From: a virus
IMG/VR virus record: IMGVR_UViG_3300032050_013007
Coordinates: 1-64,000 of that record
Length of the DNA: 64,000 bases
Reading direction: 5' to 3' (one strand)
Shown here: positions 10,435 to 20,800 of the stretch, piece by piece
How positions within the stretch are numbered: the first letter of the stretch is position 1
How the letters are laid out: every line of letters starts with the position of its first letter
Made by a program: the position numbers and the translations under genes
The notes under the pieces: model-generated
Told to the model about the DNA's origin: nothing
The model's input: only the letters and a program-made list of their open reading frames with translations
Database searches by the model: none

Positions 10435-12666
10435 TTAAAATCTAATATATTTAATATCGTTGTATTTAGGGTAAAAATAAAAACAATTACTGAGTATTGG
10501 GAATAAGTTATAATTCCATTTCATTCCCGCCTCTAACGCCGACACCCCAATCTCAAATCCATCTGGATAATTCCTAATATTATTTGCAATTGTATACCAT
10601 AACATTTGTTCCCATTTTTGTTCAAACAAAATTAATTTCCAGTTATTTTTGAATACTAAAAATTGTTCATTAGTTACGTGAGCATTGTCCCAAAGTGGAT
10701 TATCTAAACATTCGTAGTCATAGAACTTATCGGCATAAAATGTTTGACTAGGGTTCACTCTACCGTCACCTATTCTGGCAGGCCTCTCAAAAGCAAAATC
10801 AATATCACTAGCCTCCATATTTTCAAACAACCTAAAGAATTTTTCCTCATCAAATCCATCGTGAATACCCCAATCACCATCAATATAAATTAAGTAATCA
10901 AAATTCTGTTTTAATTTCAAACAAGATTTTATTGATATTACTTTTAAATTTAAATTAAAAATAAATCCAGTTCCGTCCATTTCTAATGGAAAATCAATTC
11001 TAAAATTAAAATCTTCTAAAGTATTTAAATTTATTTTAGGATATCTTTCTTTAAACTCATCATAAGTTAAACCAGTATGTTCTTCTAATCTACTTAAGTC
11101 GTTTCTTGTTGCTGTAATATTTAAAGTACAATTTTTAGTTCTATCATGTAATTGTGTATAAAAATCCAAACTCTTTTCAAAATAAGGTTCGTTTATTGCC
11201 AATGTTGTGATAAAATATTTATAAGTTTTTTTAAAATTATTTGGTAAATTTAACTCAGATATAAATTCTAAACATTTAACTCCACTTGGTACGGTTGGTT
11301 TATCAAATTCATCAAGTTGCATACCAATAAAAAAATCTTTATCATCTCTTGGGATATACGTCTCAAGTTTATCAAATCCAAAATATAAAATATGGTCAGG
11401 ATTTTTATCTAACATATACTTTTCTAAAATATCTTGGTCAGTACCCCAAACCAAATTATTTAAAGAGATATATTCATTAAAATGATTTTCAAAAGATTCT
11501 AATTTTCTTCTTATACCAAACAATCCGCTTGGGTATGGAGAATGCCAAGGATGGTCTCTAATTACAAAATAATCTTTGTCACTGTTTTCCCATTTTCTAA
11601 TGTAATCAACCTCTCGTTTTGATAAACGACTATCTAAATCCCTTGAAAGAGAAATTGAATTTTTTAGAAAAGATAAAAATCTCCAAAAGAATGGAAAATC
11701 TAATGATGGTCTACCTCCAATTGTGATATCAGAAACGTCGACCATTATCGCTCCAAGTTCTGATAATTTTTTTAGGTACCCCTCCCTAAAATTTTTAGGA
11801 TGATAATATATAACAGTGTCCCAATCGGGTAGTAACTTATTATTAATTATTATATTTTTTTCGGCGCCTACGTAATATTTTAAATCAGTTCCGAATAAAC
11901 TATAAGAAATGTATTTACCATTATCAGTTACTTTTTTGTTAATTACAACTTCATTAATTCCTTCATCGATATTTGGCACATAATTTAAATTCCAAGCCAA
12001 CAATCTATCTTTTTCGGTCTCGTATAAACACTTATAACCTAAATTTTGTAGTAATGATATAAGTTCTTCCCTAGTCGTAAATTTTATATCTTTTGGAGTT
12101 TCAGTTAACTTAGAATTTATAATATGATTTATTTGATTCATATCCCAGCACTCTGCAAAAAATATTTTAGGTTTATGAATATTAAGAATTTCTTTTATAA
12201 TATCATTATCATATCCTTGAGTGCTTATAAAGTATACATCAGGAGATTCTATATCATTTAGTTCTATAAACTTAGATATGGATACCGATTCAATTTTTGA
12301 GGGAACCCAATTTTTTGTTTCGGGTTTATCATCATAATAAATACCCTTTAAAAAACTACTTTGGCAACCTACGGTATGAATATGAAAATATTCTGAATAG
12401 AATTTATCGGTAGGTATAATTGCAAAATTATGTAATTTACAATTTTTATATTTAACTCTATTAATCTGTAATTTTTTAAATACGTCAGTTACTGGCTCAA
12501 TATAATGTCCGTAATCGTTTATATTAATAAATTTACTTGGTAAATCTTCAAATGATTCACAATCGTGAGAACCTATTTGAACAAAATTTAAATTATTTTT
12601 TTCATCTCTGATTTTTTGAATCAAAGAAGACATTGTTAAAATTACAGTCTCAAAATTTGATTTCAT
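10435..12666 (-). CDS. Three-domain protein: FkbM-like + two putative glycosyltransferase domains
   Basis: FVQIGSHD..IEP; SYSLFG...FWRF...RDLDSR...RDHPWH; C-terminal YIDGD. Confidence 0.6.
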   Translation of the reverse strand: MKSNFETVILTMSSLIQKIRDEKNNLNFVQIGSHDCESFEDLPSKFININDYGHYIEPVTDVFKKLQINRVKYKNCKLHNFAIIPTDKFYSEYFHIHTVGCQSSFLKGIYYDDKPETKNWVPSKIESVSISKFIELNDIESPDVYFISTQGYDNDIIKEILNIHKPKIFFAECWDMNQINHIINSKLTETPKDIKFTTREELISLLQNLGYKCLYETEKDRLLAWNLNYVPNIDEGINEVVINKKVTDNGKYISYSLFGTDLKYYVGAEKNIIINNKLLPDWDTVIYYHPKNFREGYLKKLSELGAIMVDVSDITIGGRPSLDFPFFWRFLSFLKNSISLSRDLDSRLSKREVDYIRKWENSDKDYFVIRDHPWHSPYPSGLFGIRRKLESFENHFNEYISLNNLVWGTDQDILEKYMLDKNPDHILYFGFDKLETYIPRDDKDFFIGMQLDEFDKPTVPSGVKCLEFISELNLPNNFKKTYKYFITTLAINEPYFEKSLDFYTQLHDRTKNCTLNITATRNDLSRLEEHTGLTYDEFKERYPKINLNTLEDFNFRIDFPLEMDGTGFIFNLNLKVISIKSCLKLKQNFDYLIYIDGDWGIHDGFDEEKFFRLFENMEASDIDFAFERPARIGDGRVNPSQTFYADKFYDYECLDNPLWDNAHVTNEQFLVFKNNWKLILFEQKWEQMLWYTIANNIRNYPDGFEIGVSALEAGMKWNYNLFPILSNCFYFYPKYNDIKYIRF

Positions 12667-12678
12667 AAAAGTTATATT

Positions 12679-13329
12679 TTACTGCCAAGAACAAGTGTGG
12701 AAATGTATACTGTATGTATTATCTTTTTTAAAACTTCTGATATGTTCAATATCATTTTCAGTAAAGTTTCTAACCATAAATCTATCCTCCAGTGCAAACG
12801 GATAAAATTCAGAACCTATAAAAATTTTATACTCACAATCCCAAGTATTACCATATATGATATTTGTTAAATAATATGGACCTGTTTCCGACATAACCCT
12901 ATCAATCTGATGTTTATAGATTGGAGATTGTATATTTAAATTTTCTAAATACTTTTTGCAAATAGGATGGTTTGGGATTGCCCCAACGACCCCAAACCAA
13001 ATTTCTTTTGGGGCTAAATCATGAGCTCCGGCAAAAAATTCGTATTCTAACAGGTCATCAAATTTTTTTATTTGTAAGTTATCATAGTCCATGTATATAC
13101 CCCCATATCTATACAAAATTTCCATTTTAAGTATATCAGATTTGGCACCCATACTAAAACAATTATCATATGACTCTTTACTTTGAACTTCAAAATCTAA
13201 ATTATCTTCCGTCCATTCGATAACTTCATAATCGTGGTTAATTTTTTTAACCTCATTAACAAATATTTCGGTCCACTTAGGTTTGTTACCACCCACCCAT
13301 ATAAAGTGTATTTTTTTTGGTATACTCAT
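12679..13329 (-). CDS. GT32 (OCH1/DXD sugar-binding) glycosyltransferase
   Basis: IPKKIHFIWVG, KSDILKMEILYRYGGIYMDYD, TGP. Confidence 0.85.
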   Translation of the reverse strand: MSIPKKIHFIWVGGNKPKWTEIFVNEVKKINHDYEVIEWTEDNLDFEVQSKESYDNCFSMGAKSDILKMEILYRYGGIYMDYDNLQIKKFDDLLEYEFFAGAHDLAPKEIWFGVVGAIPNHPICKKYLENLNIQSPIYKHQIDRVMSETGPYYLTNIIYGNTWDCEYKIFIGSEFYPFALEDRFMVRNFTENDIEHIRSFKKDNTYSIHFHTCSWQ

Positions 13330-13339
13330 TAGTTATATT

Positions 13340-14587
13340 TTAAAATAAATTTCCTGTTATTCTTTCGCACCAACCTTTTGATGTTGAGTGAGGCCATACA
13401 ACCCAATACTTTGGTTTTGTTACGGTTTGGAATTGTCTCCATACTTTACAATAACCATCGGGGTCATTTTTCATTCTGCTAATTTCACTTGGGTCTGCGT
13501 CTTGTCTGAATAATGTTTCATCATTTTCTCCGTGGAACGCAACCACCCAAAAATCATAATCTGTTTCAGGGACTTGAGAATAACCAACATCAATACAATG
13601 TTTGAAGATTGCTGAGAATGATTCCATATATTCTTCTTCATTTGCGAAATTTTGTGGATTTGGAGGATACAACTTATCCAATGTGTATTGCTGAACTCCT
13701 CTCTTTTTAAAATTGATACCTGCATATTTTTCATAATCAGATAATGTTCTTTCAGTACCAAAACCATACTTACCCATGTCAACCATTTCTTCACCGTCCA
13801 TACCAAACAATTGTCTGTTTTTCTTATGAGCGTGATTGTTTTTTAAATGCCATTCTCTATCATCATCCCACTGTTTTGTTCTACCTTTACGGGTGTATTC
13901 ATGCCATACAAGAACCTTATGAGGATGAAATAAATCATAACCCCAAGTATGAGCTCTTGCCGCAATTGAAATCTCTTCTCCGTGGAAATAATATTCGGGG
14001 TCGTGTTGTACTTCATTACTAAACTCGCCGACAGTGAACGCGAAGTGAGCCGAATAAAAACGAGCGGTTACTGGTTTATCCATATTCTGCCAACCTGGTA
14101 AAGTTTCAGGTAAAAAGAACACCGCACCTTCAGGAATAAATCTATCAAATACCATTCTCCATGGCTCACGTACTCTTGCGGCCGGGTCATTATCAGGGTC
14201 AAATGATGAAACATAACCTGTTAATAATGGTTTCTTATGACCATCTTTTTGAAGTTGTTTAATCATTTTGATAAACTCATCGTCCCAATCCTTTTCAAAT
14301 CTCATGTGAGAGTCAATCTGCATCGTATAAGTTTCATCTTTATATAATTGTTGTACTTGATTTCTCGCCCAACATACTCCTTTAGATTCGGTATAAGGGA
14401 TATCTAAAATTCTAAATCTTTTATCTTTTCTGTATTTATCAAGATTGTCAAAACCATCTTCAGGATGGAATTGTCTTGCAATACCGAATACTAAATTTTT
14501 AGGTTTTTTTGCATTCTCTAATGCACTTTCTATTGTAGGGACAAGTTGTGGGTCCCTATAAGATGCGATTTGAATAAAAATTTTCAT
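13340..14587 (-). CDS. GT60-family polypeptide N-acetylglucosaminyltransferase (Pfam GlcNAc-like)
   Basis: IFIQIASYRDP, SKGVCWAR, QIDSHMRF...WD, YFHGEE, HEYTR signatures. Confidence 0.8.
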   Translation of the reverse strand: MKIFIQIASYRDPQLVPTIESALENAKKPKNLVFGIARQFHPEDGFDNLDKYRKDKRFRILDIPYTESKGVCWARNQVQQLYKDETYTMQIDSHMRFEKDWDDEFIKMIKQLQKDGHKKPLLTGYVSSFDPDNDPAARVREPWRMVFDRFIPEGAVFFLPETLPGWQNMDKPVTARFYSAHFAFTVGEFSNEVQHDPEYYFHGEEISIAARAHTWGYDLFHPHKVLVWHEYTRKGRTKQWDDDREWHLKNNHAHKKNRQLFGMDGEEMVDMGKYGFGTERTLSDYEKYAGINFKKRGVQQYTLDKLYPPNPQNFANEEEYMESFSAIFKHCIDVGYSQVPETDYDFWVVAFHGENDETLFRQDADPSEISRMKNDPDGYCKVWRQFQTVTKPKYWVVWPHSTSKGWCERITGNLF

Positions 14588-14647
14588 TACAATTGTTTTT
14601 ATAGAAAAAATATTAATTTATGTTAGATGGTAAATAGTATTTTAAAT

Positions 14648-15529
14648 TTACCAACAAGTTATTATTACAAGTCCGTTTCCTCCATTTCCTCCTCTTCCTC
14701 CTGTGGTTCCGGCACCACCTCCTCCACCTCCTGAACCAGGCCCTCCAACTCCTCCATTTCCACCAGGTGAAGCGTCAATACCAACACCACCGCCTCCACC
14801 AATACTATAAAATCCTTTTACTCTATAATATCCACCAACACCGTTTGGGGAGGAAATAGAACTACCTCCGGCTATTGTTGGGTAATTATCGGAACCAAGT
14901 ACCGGAGTTACTGAACCTCCCGCGCCTGAACGACCTCCACCACCAGCACCTCCTGAAACTACCGTAAATGGTGTTAGTAACCCATATGTAATTTGCGCAC
15001 CAGGTGAGTTAAGAGCCGTTAAACCTCCTAATCCTCCGGCGATTCCTACAACAAAGTTTTGATGTCCTAAATTAGAAAATAAGGCCGCCGCCGCGGTTGA
15101 TATTGCCGCGGCAGTACCTGCGGTTCCTCTTGCCGCACCAGTACCGGCACCACCTCCACCTCCACCATTTGCGATAAGAAAATATGTTTGGGATGCGTTT
15201 GTTGAATTTGTAACATCGATGATGGTTTGTCCTCCACTAGTTCCGGCAATGGTTGCCGCTCCACCTGTACCTCCTAAACCAATAGTTATTGATAATATAT
15301 CAGGAACTACAATTGCCGGTAGATATAATCTTGATATACCTCCTGACGCTCCTCCTCCTCCTCCACCTTTTGCAGAACCAGCCGCGGCACTAAATCCGCC
15401 GCCTCCTCCACCACCGGCACCTATTGCGGTTATTAAAATATTACTAACCCCTCTAGGTTTATACCATATTGCCGAGGAATAATAAAATTGAGTATTATTT
15501 CTTTGTGAAGAATTATATAAATCTAACAT
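14648..15529 (-). CDS. Glycine-rich domain protein, paralog 3 (putative tail adhesin)
   Basis: WYKP...IGAGGGGGGG...GGNGLVIITCW. Confidence 0.65.
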   Translation of the reverse strand: MLDLYNSSQRNNTQFYYSSAIWYKPRGVSNILITAIGAGGGGGGGFSAAAGSAKGGGGGGASGGISRLYLPAIVVPDILSITIGLGGTGGAATIAGTSGGQTIIDVTNSTNASQTYFLIANGGGGGGAGTGAARGTAGTAAAISTAAAALFSNLGHQNFVVGIAGGLGGLTALNSPGAQITYGLLTPFTVVSGGAGGGGRSGAGGSVTPVLGSDNYPTIAGGSSISSPNGVGGYYRVKGFYSIGGGGGVGIDASPGGNGGVGGPGSGGGGGGAGTTGGRGGNGGNGLVIITCW

Positions 15530-15536
15530 ATTATTT

Positions 15537-16385
15537 TTACCAACAATTTATTATTACAAGTCCGTCTCCACCTCTACCTCCTCTTCCTCCTGTAATACCA
15601 GCACCACCTCCTCCACCTCCACAACCAATACCACCATCACCTCCATTTCCACCTGTACCTGTACCATTACCTCCACCACCAGTACCTCCTAAAAATATTA
15701 GTGGGGATAAGGAATTTATTTGAGAACTAATTCCGTCAGTTCCTCCTGATGTTCCACCTGAAAAGTTAGGTACGACACCAGCACCAATTATACTTCCTCC
15801 ATTTGTACTAGTGTTTGAAACAGTTTTAGTTCCTCCTCCACAACCGGGGGTTATTGATAATGGCCCCGCGGCCGGTAATGACCCATATGTTATATTGGGG
15901 AGTCCTGAAGAACCTCCCGCTCCACCTGCGTTACTTATAAAAATTCCCATAGATGCTAAATTCGCAGTTTGCAAGGTAGTGGATTGACCTCCACTACCTC
16001 CTCCTCCTGATGAAAGTCCTTGGGTAGATGAGCCTCCCGCTATCATTATCGTTGATAAAAACGTAGTAATCCCTTCAACCCTACTTTCACTACCAACCAC
16101 CCCATCTCCATTTGGTACTCCTCCGGCACCACCCCTTCCTACTGTCACTCTAAGTCTATCTTCTAACAAATCAGCACTAATCATCGCTCTTGATATCGCA
16201 CCCGTACCACCTCCTCCACCACCATTACCAGCAACACCTGATGCGGTTGACTGACCTCCGCCACCACCTCCACCACCGCCTATCAAAGTAACATAAACCA
16301 TACTTATACCTTGTGGTTTTATCCAATTTCCACTTTGATAAAATACTTGGGTTCTAAATGATGTGTCAGGTAAATTATGTGTCAT
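15537..16385 (-). CDS. Glycine-rich domain protein, paralog 2
   Basis: WIKP...IGGGGGGGGG...GGDGLVIINCW. Confidence 0.65.
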   Translation of the reverse strand: MTHNLPDTSFRTQVFYQSGNWIKPQGISMVYVTLIGGGGGGGGGQSTASGVAGNGGGGGGTGAISRAMISADLLEDRLRVTVGRGGAGGVPNGDGVVGSESRVEGITTFLSTIMIAGGSSTQGLSSGGGGSGGQSTTLQTANLASMGIFISNAGGAGGSSGLPNITYGSLPAAGPLSITPGCGGGTKTVSNTSTNGGSIIGAGVVPNFSGGTSGGTDGISSQINSLSPLIFLGGTGGGGNGTGTGGNGGDGGIGCGGGGGGAGITGGRGGRGGDGLVIINCW

Positions 16386-16386
16386 A

Positions 16387-17286
16387 TTAATTGCATGTTA
16401 TAATAATTAATCCATGTCCTCCATTTCCACCACGACCTCCAACAAATCCTGTATTATTTCCTCCTCCACCACCTCCACCTGAACCAATTGCACCGTGACC
16501 CCCATTACCACCAGGAACAGTTCCATTTCTAGCCCCCCAACCTCCGACCCCTCCTGTAGTTTGAAATGGTTTCCATGAAATTTGTCCTCCGGGTCCGTCT
16601 AAAATTATTGTCCCATCAGAAGCAAATGTGTCTGATAAAGTAGTACCGTTTGCATCTATACCTCCAGGAGTTCCCCTAACAAACGTAGGTTGAGCACTTC
16701 TTGCCGCTCCCCCACTTCCACCACTTGTTAATGTTGCTAAAGCCGATACAGGTGTGGCGGTTGATGACGCACCATAACCGGCAGTACCGTTACCTCCGGC
16801 AATTGCAGAAAATATACCAAGGTTATGGTAAACTGATGTTGTTGCGGCGGCAACTCCACCACCTCCACCAGCAAGTCCGCCACTTGCGCCGCCAGCACCA
16901 CCACCCGCACCTCCGTTTGTAAAAATAATTCTAGTTGATACTACATTACTTCCACCGGGTATATCAATATATGACGAACCTCCCGCAGTTCCGGCAACGG
17001 CATTACCACCACCAGCTCCCCCGACTCCAACATTTAATATTAAAGTTTCGGGTATAAAAATTGCAGGAATGGTTAATTTTGTAACACCTCCTCCGCCGCC
17101 TCCACCACCTCCTTGCGAACCTATCGATGGGGAAGTGGCGTTACCCCCTCCTCCACCACCTCCGGCCGCAACCACAAAAAAATTTATCATGGTTATGTTT
17201 TGTGGTTTACTCCAAAAACTTTGACCAGGTTGAGTGAATATTTGATTATAAGGGTCTTGTGGTAAATTAAATAAATCGTAAGCCAT
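16387..17286 (-). CDS. Glycine-rich domain protein, paralog 1
   Basis: WSKP...AAGGGGGGG...GGHGLIIITCN. Confidence 0.65.
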   Translation of the reverse strand: MAYDLFNLPQDPYNQIFTQPGQSFWSKPQNITMINFFVVAAGGGGGGGNATSPSIGSQGGGGGGGGGVTKLTIPAIFIPETLILNVGVGGAGGGNAVAGTAGGSSYIDIPGGSNVVSTRIIFTNGGAGGGAGGASGGLAGGGGGVAAATTSVYHNLGIFSAIAGGNGTAGYGASSTATPVSALATLTSGGSGGAARSAQPTFVRGTPGGIDANGTTLSDTFASDGTIILDGPGGQISWKPFQTTGGVGGWGARNGTVPGGNGGHGAIGSGGGGGGGNNTGFVGGRGGNGGHGLIIITCN

Positions 17287-17465
17287 TATTCAGCCCAATC
17301 AGGTAATTCATTTGGGATTGTACAAGCATATCCACACGCACCCAAAGATAATGTGTTTCCACTTAAATCAGTGATTCTGTTTTCTTGGATACCCATCTCA
17401 TCAATTATTAGATATCCGTATTCAACTGGAGAACCGTATTCGAATTTTATCTTGTAGTAATACAT
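17286..17465 (-). CDS. Small 59-aa protein missing from the ORF track
   Basis: MYYYKIKFEYGSPVEYGYLIIDEMGIQENRITDLSGNTLSLGACGYACTIPNELPDWAE*; fills the gap exactly, with TAATG stop/start overlaps at both ends. Confidence 0.75.
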   Translation of the reverse strand: MYYYKIKFEYGSPVEYGYLIIDEMGIQENRITDLSGNTLSLGACGYACTIPNELPDWAE

Positions 17466-17893
17466 TAGTAGTCCCCTCCTATAACTGTTGCTTGAATATT
17501 AGCCCCCGTTGTTGGTGCGGTTCCTAGTGTGACATATATCCTATAATTTGCAGGTAATGCGAAATTAAATGGTATCTCATAAAATGGTGTTGAGGCCACT
17601 TGTGAAAATGTGGTGTTGGATGCGATTGTAATTTCATCAAATAGTGTACTATTTGATGCAACTGTAACATCTTGTCCATTGTTTATCCAAACACGAGCAA
17701 CTGTTGCTGCGGTATTACCTGATGGTGGTACATGTCTAAATCTTATTTTTTGTACAAAACTTCCGTTTGTTCCTGCGGTAAACACAAGATAAGATGTACT
17801 ACCTGTGACATTACCTGTATTTGCCGCATTCATCAGAGTTGACCATTGTGTCTCTCCTTGAATTGAAAAAATTGGTTGTGTATTTGCTGCCAT
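17465..17893 (-). CDS. Putative tail-fibre-associated structural protein
   Basis: 142 aa beta-rich (MAANTQPIF...GGDY); coupled to the tail-fibre-like gene. Confidence 0.5.
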   Translation of the reverse strand: MAANTQPIFSIQGETQWSTLMNAANTGNVTGSTSYLVFTAGTNGSFVQKIRFRHVPPSGNTAATVARVWINNGQDVTVASNSTLFDEITIASNTTFSQVASTPFYEIPFNFALPANYRIYVTLGTAPTTGANIQATVIGGDY

Positions 17894-17898
17894 ATTGA

Positions 17899-20800
17899 TT
17901 ATATATAATTTAAGTTATTTCCTGTGGTGTAGGCTTTTCCGTAATCAAATTGTTGTATTATTACTACATTACCTGTCGATGTACTTGCCGATATTCCGTA
18001 TCCCGCAGTAATTCCTGTTACTCCTAAATTAGTAATTGTTACATTATTGTCACTAGTTGTTGCGGTAATACCATCACCACTTGTAATACCAGTAATACCT
18101 TGTGTTATTTGATTTGTAAATACTAACGTGTTTGTTGCCGCGGATGTTATGGTTATACCAATACCACTAAAATTAAGGTCAGAGTTATTTGAGTTGGCAC
18201 CGAATTGAGTAATTCCTCCAATCTGAATATTTTTAAATATATTCTGTGAGGAGCCCTTATCAATGTTTATTATTGTGGTTAGGAAACTTGTGGTATCTCC
18301 TGACAATCCGTCTGTTGCGGTTATACCTGTAATTCCTTGTTGTTGTGTATTTGTTATAGTTATAAGACCATTGTTATTTGACGATACCGATATTCCGTTT
18401 CCATTGGTTATCGCACTAACAGGTAGATTTTGATATGTTGTTGCAGATATTGTATTTGCGGTTAAACCATCTGTAAAAATGGTCGCCCCTGATACAGTAC
18501 CACCTGTAAAATTAGAACCTGTTGTGCCTGTAAATGATATTGTAAAATTACCATTACTACCTGTGACTGATATGTTATCACCGCCAGTAAGACCACTAAC
18601 AGGTAAATTTTGATATGTTGTTGCAGATATTGTTGTTGCGGTAATGCCATCATTAAATAATTGACCTACTGAAAAAATATTATTTACATTCTTATACGCA
18701 ACATTTGCATATTCCGAGCTTGTTAAATGGTAATATTGACCGGCCGAACCACCTTGTATTCCTGTTAAATCATTGTGGGATTGTACTGTTGTTGGTTGGA
18801 ATACTTGTACGAATGCGCTTTCCACAATACCCGTTGTTGCACTAACTTGTACGATAATTCTTCCTGTTAAAAACGCATGTGATGTTATTAATTCAGGTAA
18901 ATTAGGTTCGGTTGATAATTGGGCTTCGGACACCGTATCGTACTCATCGGTACTCCAAACTTCATATAAATGGTCGTTAACTTCTTGTCCTCTAAAATAC
19001 CAATTGACAAGATATTTTCCTGCAGTTGCTAGTACTTTATCAGTACTTGTATCATAATATAAATTATTTAAAGTATTCGAAGTTGTAGTATAAACCCAAG
19101 TACTTCCACTATGATAGCTTTGGAAAAATACGTCATCTTGACTATTAACGGCAACTAATGATTGTCTGTTTGTCGCATTCCAAGCAATACCTCCCGATAA
19201 AGTTACAACACCTGTTGACCCACTTAGTGCCAATGAAAATCCACTTTCCCTTGCAAATCTGTCAGTTGCGATAATCCTATCATTTAATTTATTTGGTAAA
19301 CCGGCACCTTCATTACCAAAATCTAAAACATGAACAAAATTGTTTGCTCTATAAACAATTAAATATAGAACAATATTACTATCATTAATTGTTGAGTTAT
19401 CGGTCAATACATCATAAACGGGAGAACCACCGTTATAATTTATTACAATATAATTTGTATCGTTATTGGACAACGCTGGTAATCCTCCACTTCCGGTTGT
19501 TGCGGATGTTACTACATAAACCTCAACACTTCCCGTAAATACAGCATTATTATATAATGCAACTTGTGTGGTTGGGAAAGTCATTGTCCCATCATTATTG
19601 TTAATCCATAAATCTGAATTCACAATAACCCCCGCATTATAATTAGGAACATTATAATAAGTTGTTGCCGATATTGTATTGGCGCTTAAACCACCTGTAA
19701 AAATGGTTGCACCTGATACAGTTCCTCCTGTAAAATTAGAACCTGTGGTTCCTGTAAATGATATTGTAAAATTACCGTTGGCTCCCGTTATAGAAATGTT
19801 ATTCCCTTCCGTTAAACCGCTAACAGGTAAATTCTGATATGTTGTTGCTGATATTGTATTGGCGGTTAAACCTCCTGTAAATTGAGTTCCACCTGTTACA
19901 GTACCTCCACTTAATGGTAGGTAATCTCCCGATAAAGAACTACCAGTATAGGCAGATAAACTAATTGTAAATGCGGAGTATTGGTCTTTTCTATTTTGAG
20001 ATAATGTTATCACATCATTATTCAATGAAAAACCTGTAACAAATGTGTCTCCACTTCCACCAATAGATGTTGATAAACCAACTTGTTTTGCGACAATAAT
20101 TACCGAAGGAGAATCAGGTCTTGTCGGTGTTGTTAAACCACTTAATGCGGTTAATTGAACATATTGACTGTCAGATGAAAAATAAAATTCAACATAATCA
20201 CCAGCATTTAACTCAAGTATATAAGAAACAAATGGTAATTGATATACACTGTTAGCAACTAATCCAAGAGTTGATGAACTCCGCTCAACATCTTGTCCAT
20301 TTATTTTGGCCCAAATTGTTACATCGGCCTCCGTCCCTTGTGTTTTTTCTATTTGGGCGGAATATCCAATTTCATAAACACCCGTATTTTGTACTGTGAT
20401 TTTAGTATTATCAACAACACTAATACCATTAGATATTTCAGTTGTATTATATTTCCAAACTGTCGCAATATTCGCACCACTTACAGGTTGGTTTGTTGAG
20501 TCAGAAAAACTTCCGTAATAATTTGCAGAAAAACCGGTTGCGGTTAAACCTGTTACGGTAAATGTTCCTCCTGAATTATTCGTAAATAATATTTCACTTC
20601 CGTTATAAGTACCTCCTGTTACATATACATCAAATCCTGAAGAACCTGATGACCCACCAGTTCCTGCTGAAAATATTAATGTATTATTTGCACCTGAAAT
20701 AATGTTAAGATTGATTCCACTAAAATTAATAAATGTATTTGTGTTGGCGGAGAATTGTGGTGTTCCGTTAATATTAACAGAATGGAATACATGAGATAAA

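Noticed and set aside
1825-14587. Bacterial O-antigen/capsule locus or NCLDV origin
   Set aside because: No wzx/wzy/ABC export or priming transferase; contiguous with gp23-, gp5- and gp55-like phage genes; bacterial-style coupled operons and terminators
15219-16922. Plus-strand Pro-rich ORFs
   Set aside because: Antisense shadows of the poly-Gly codons
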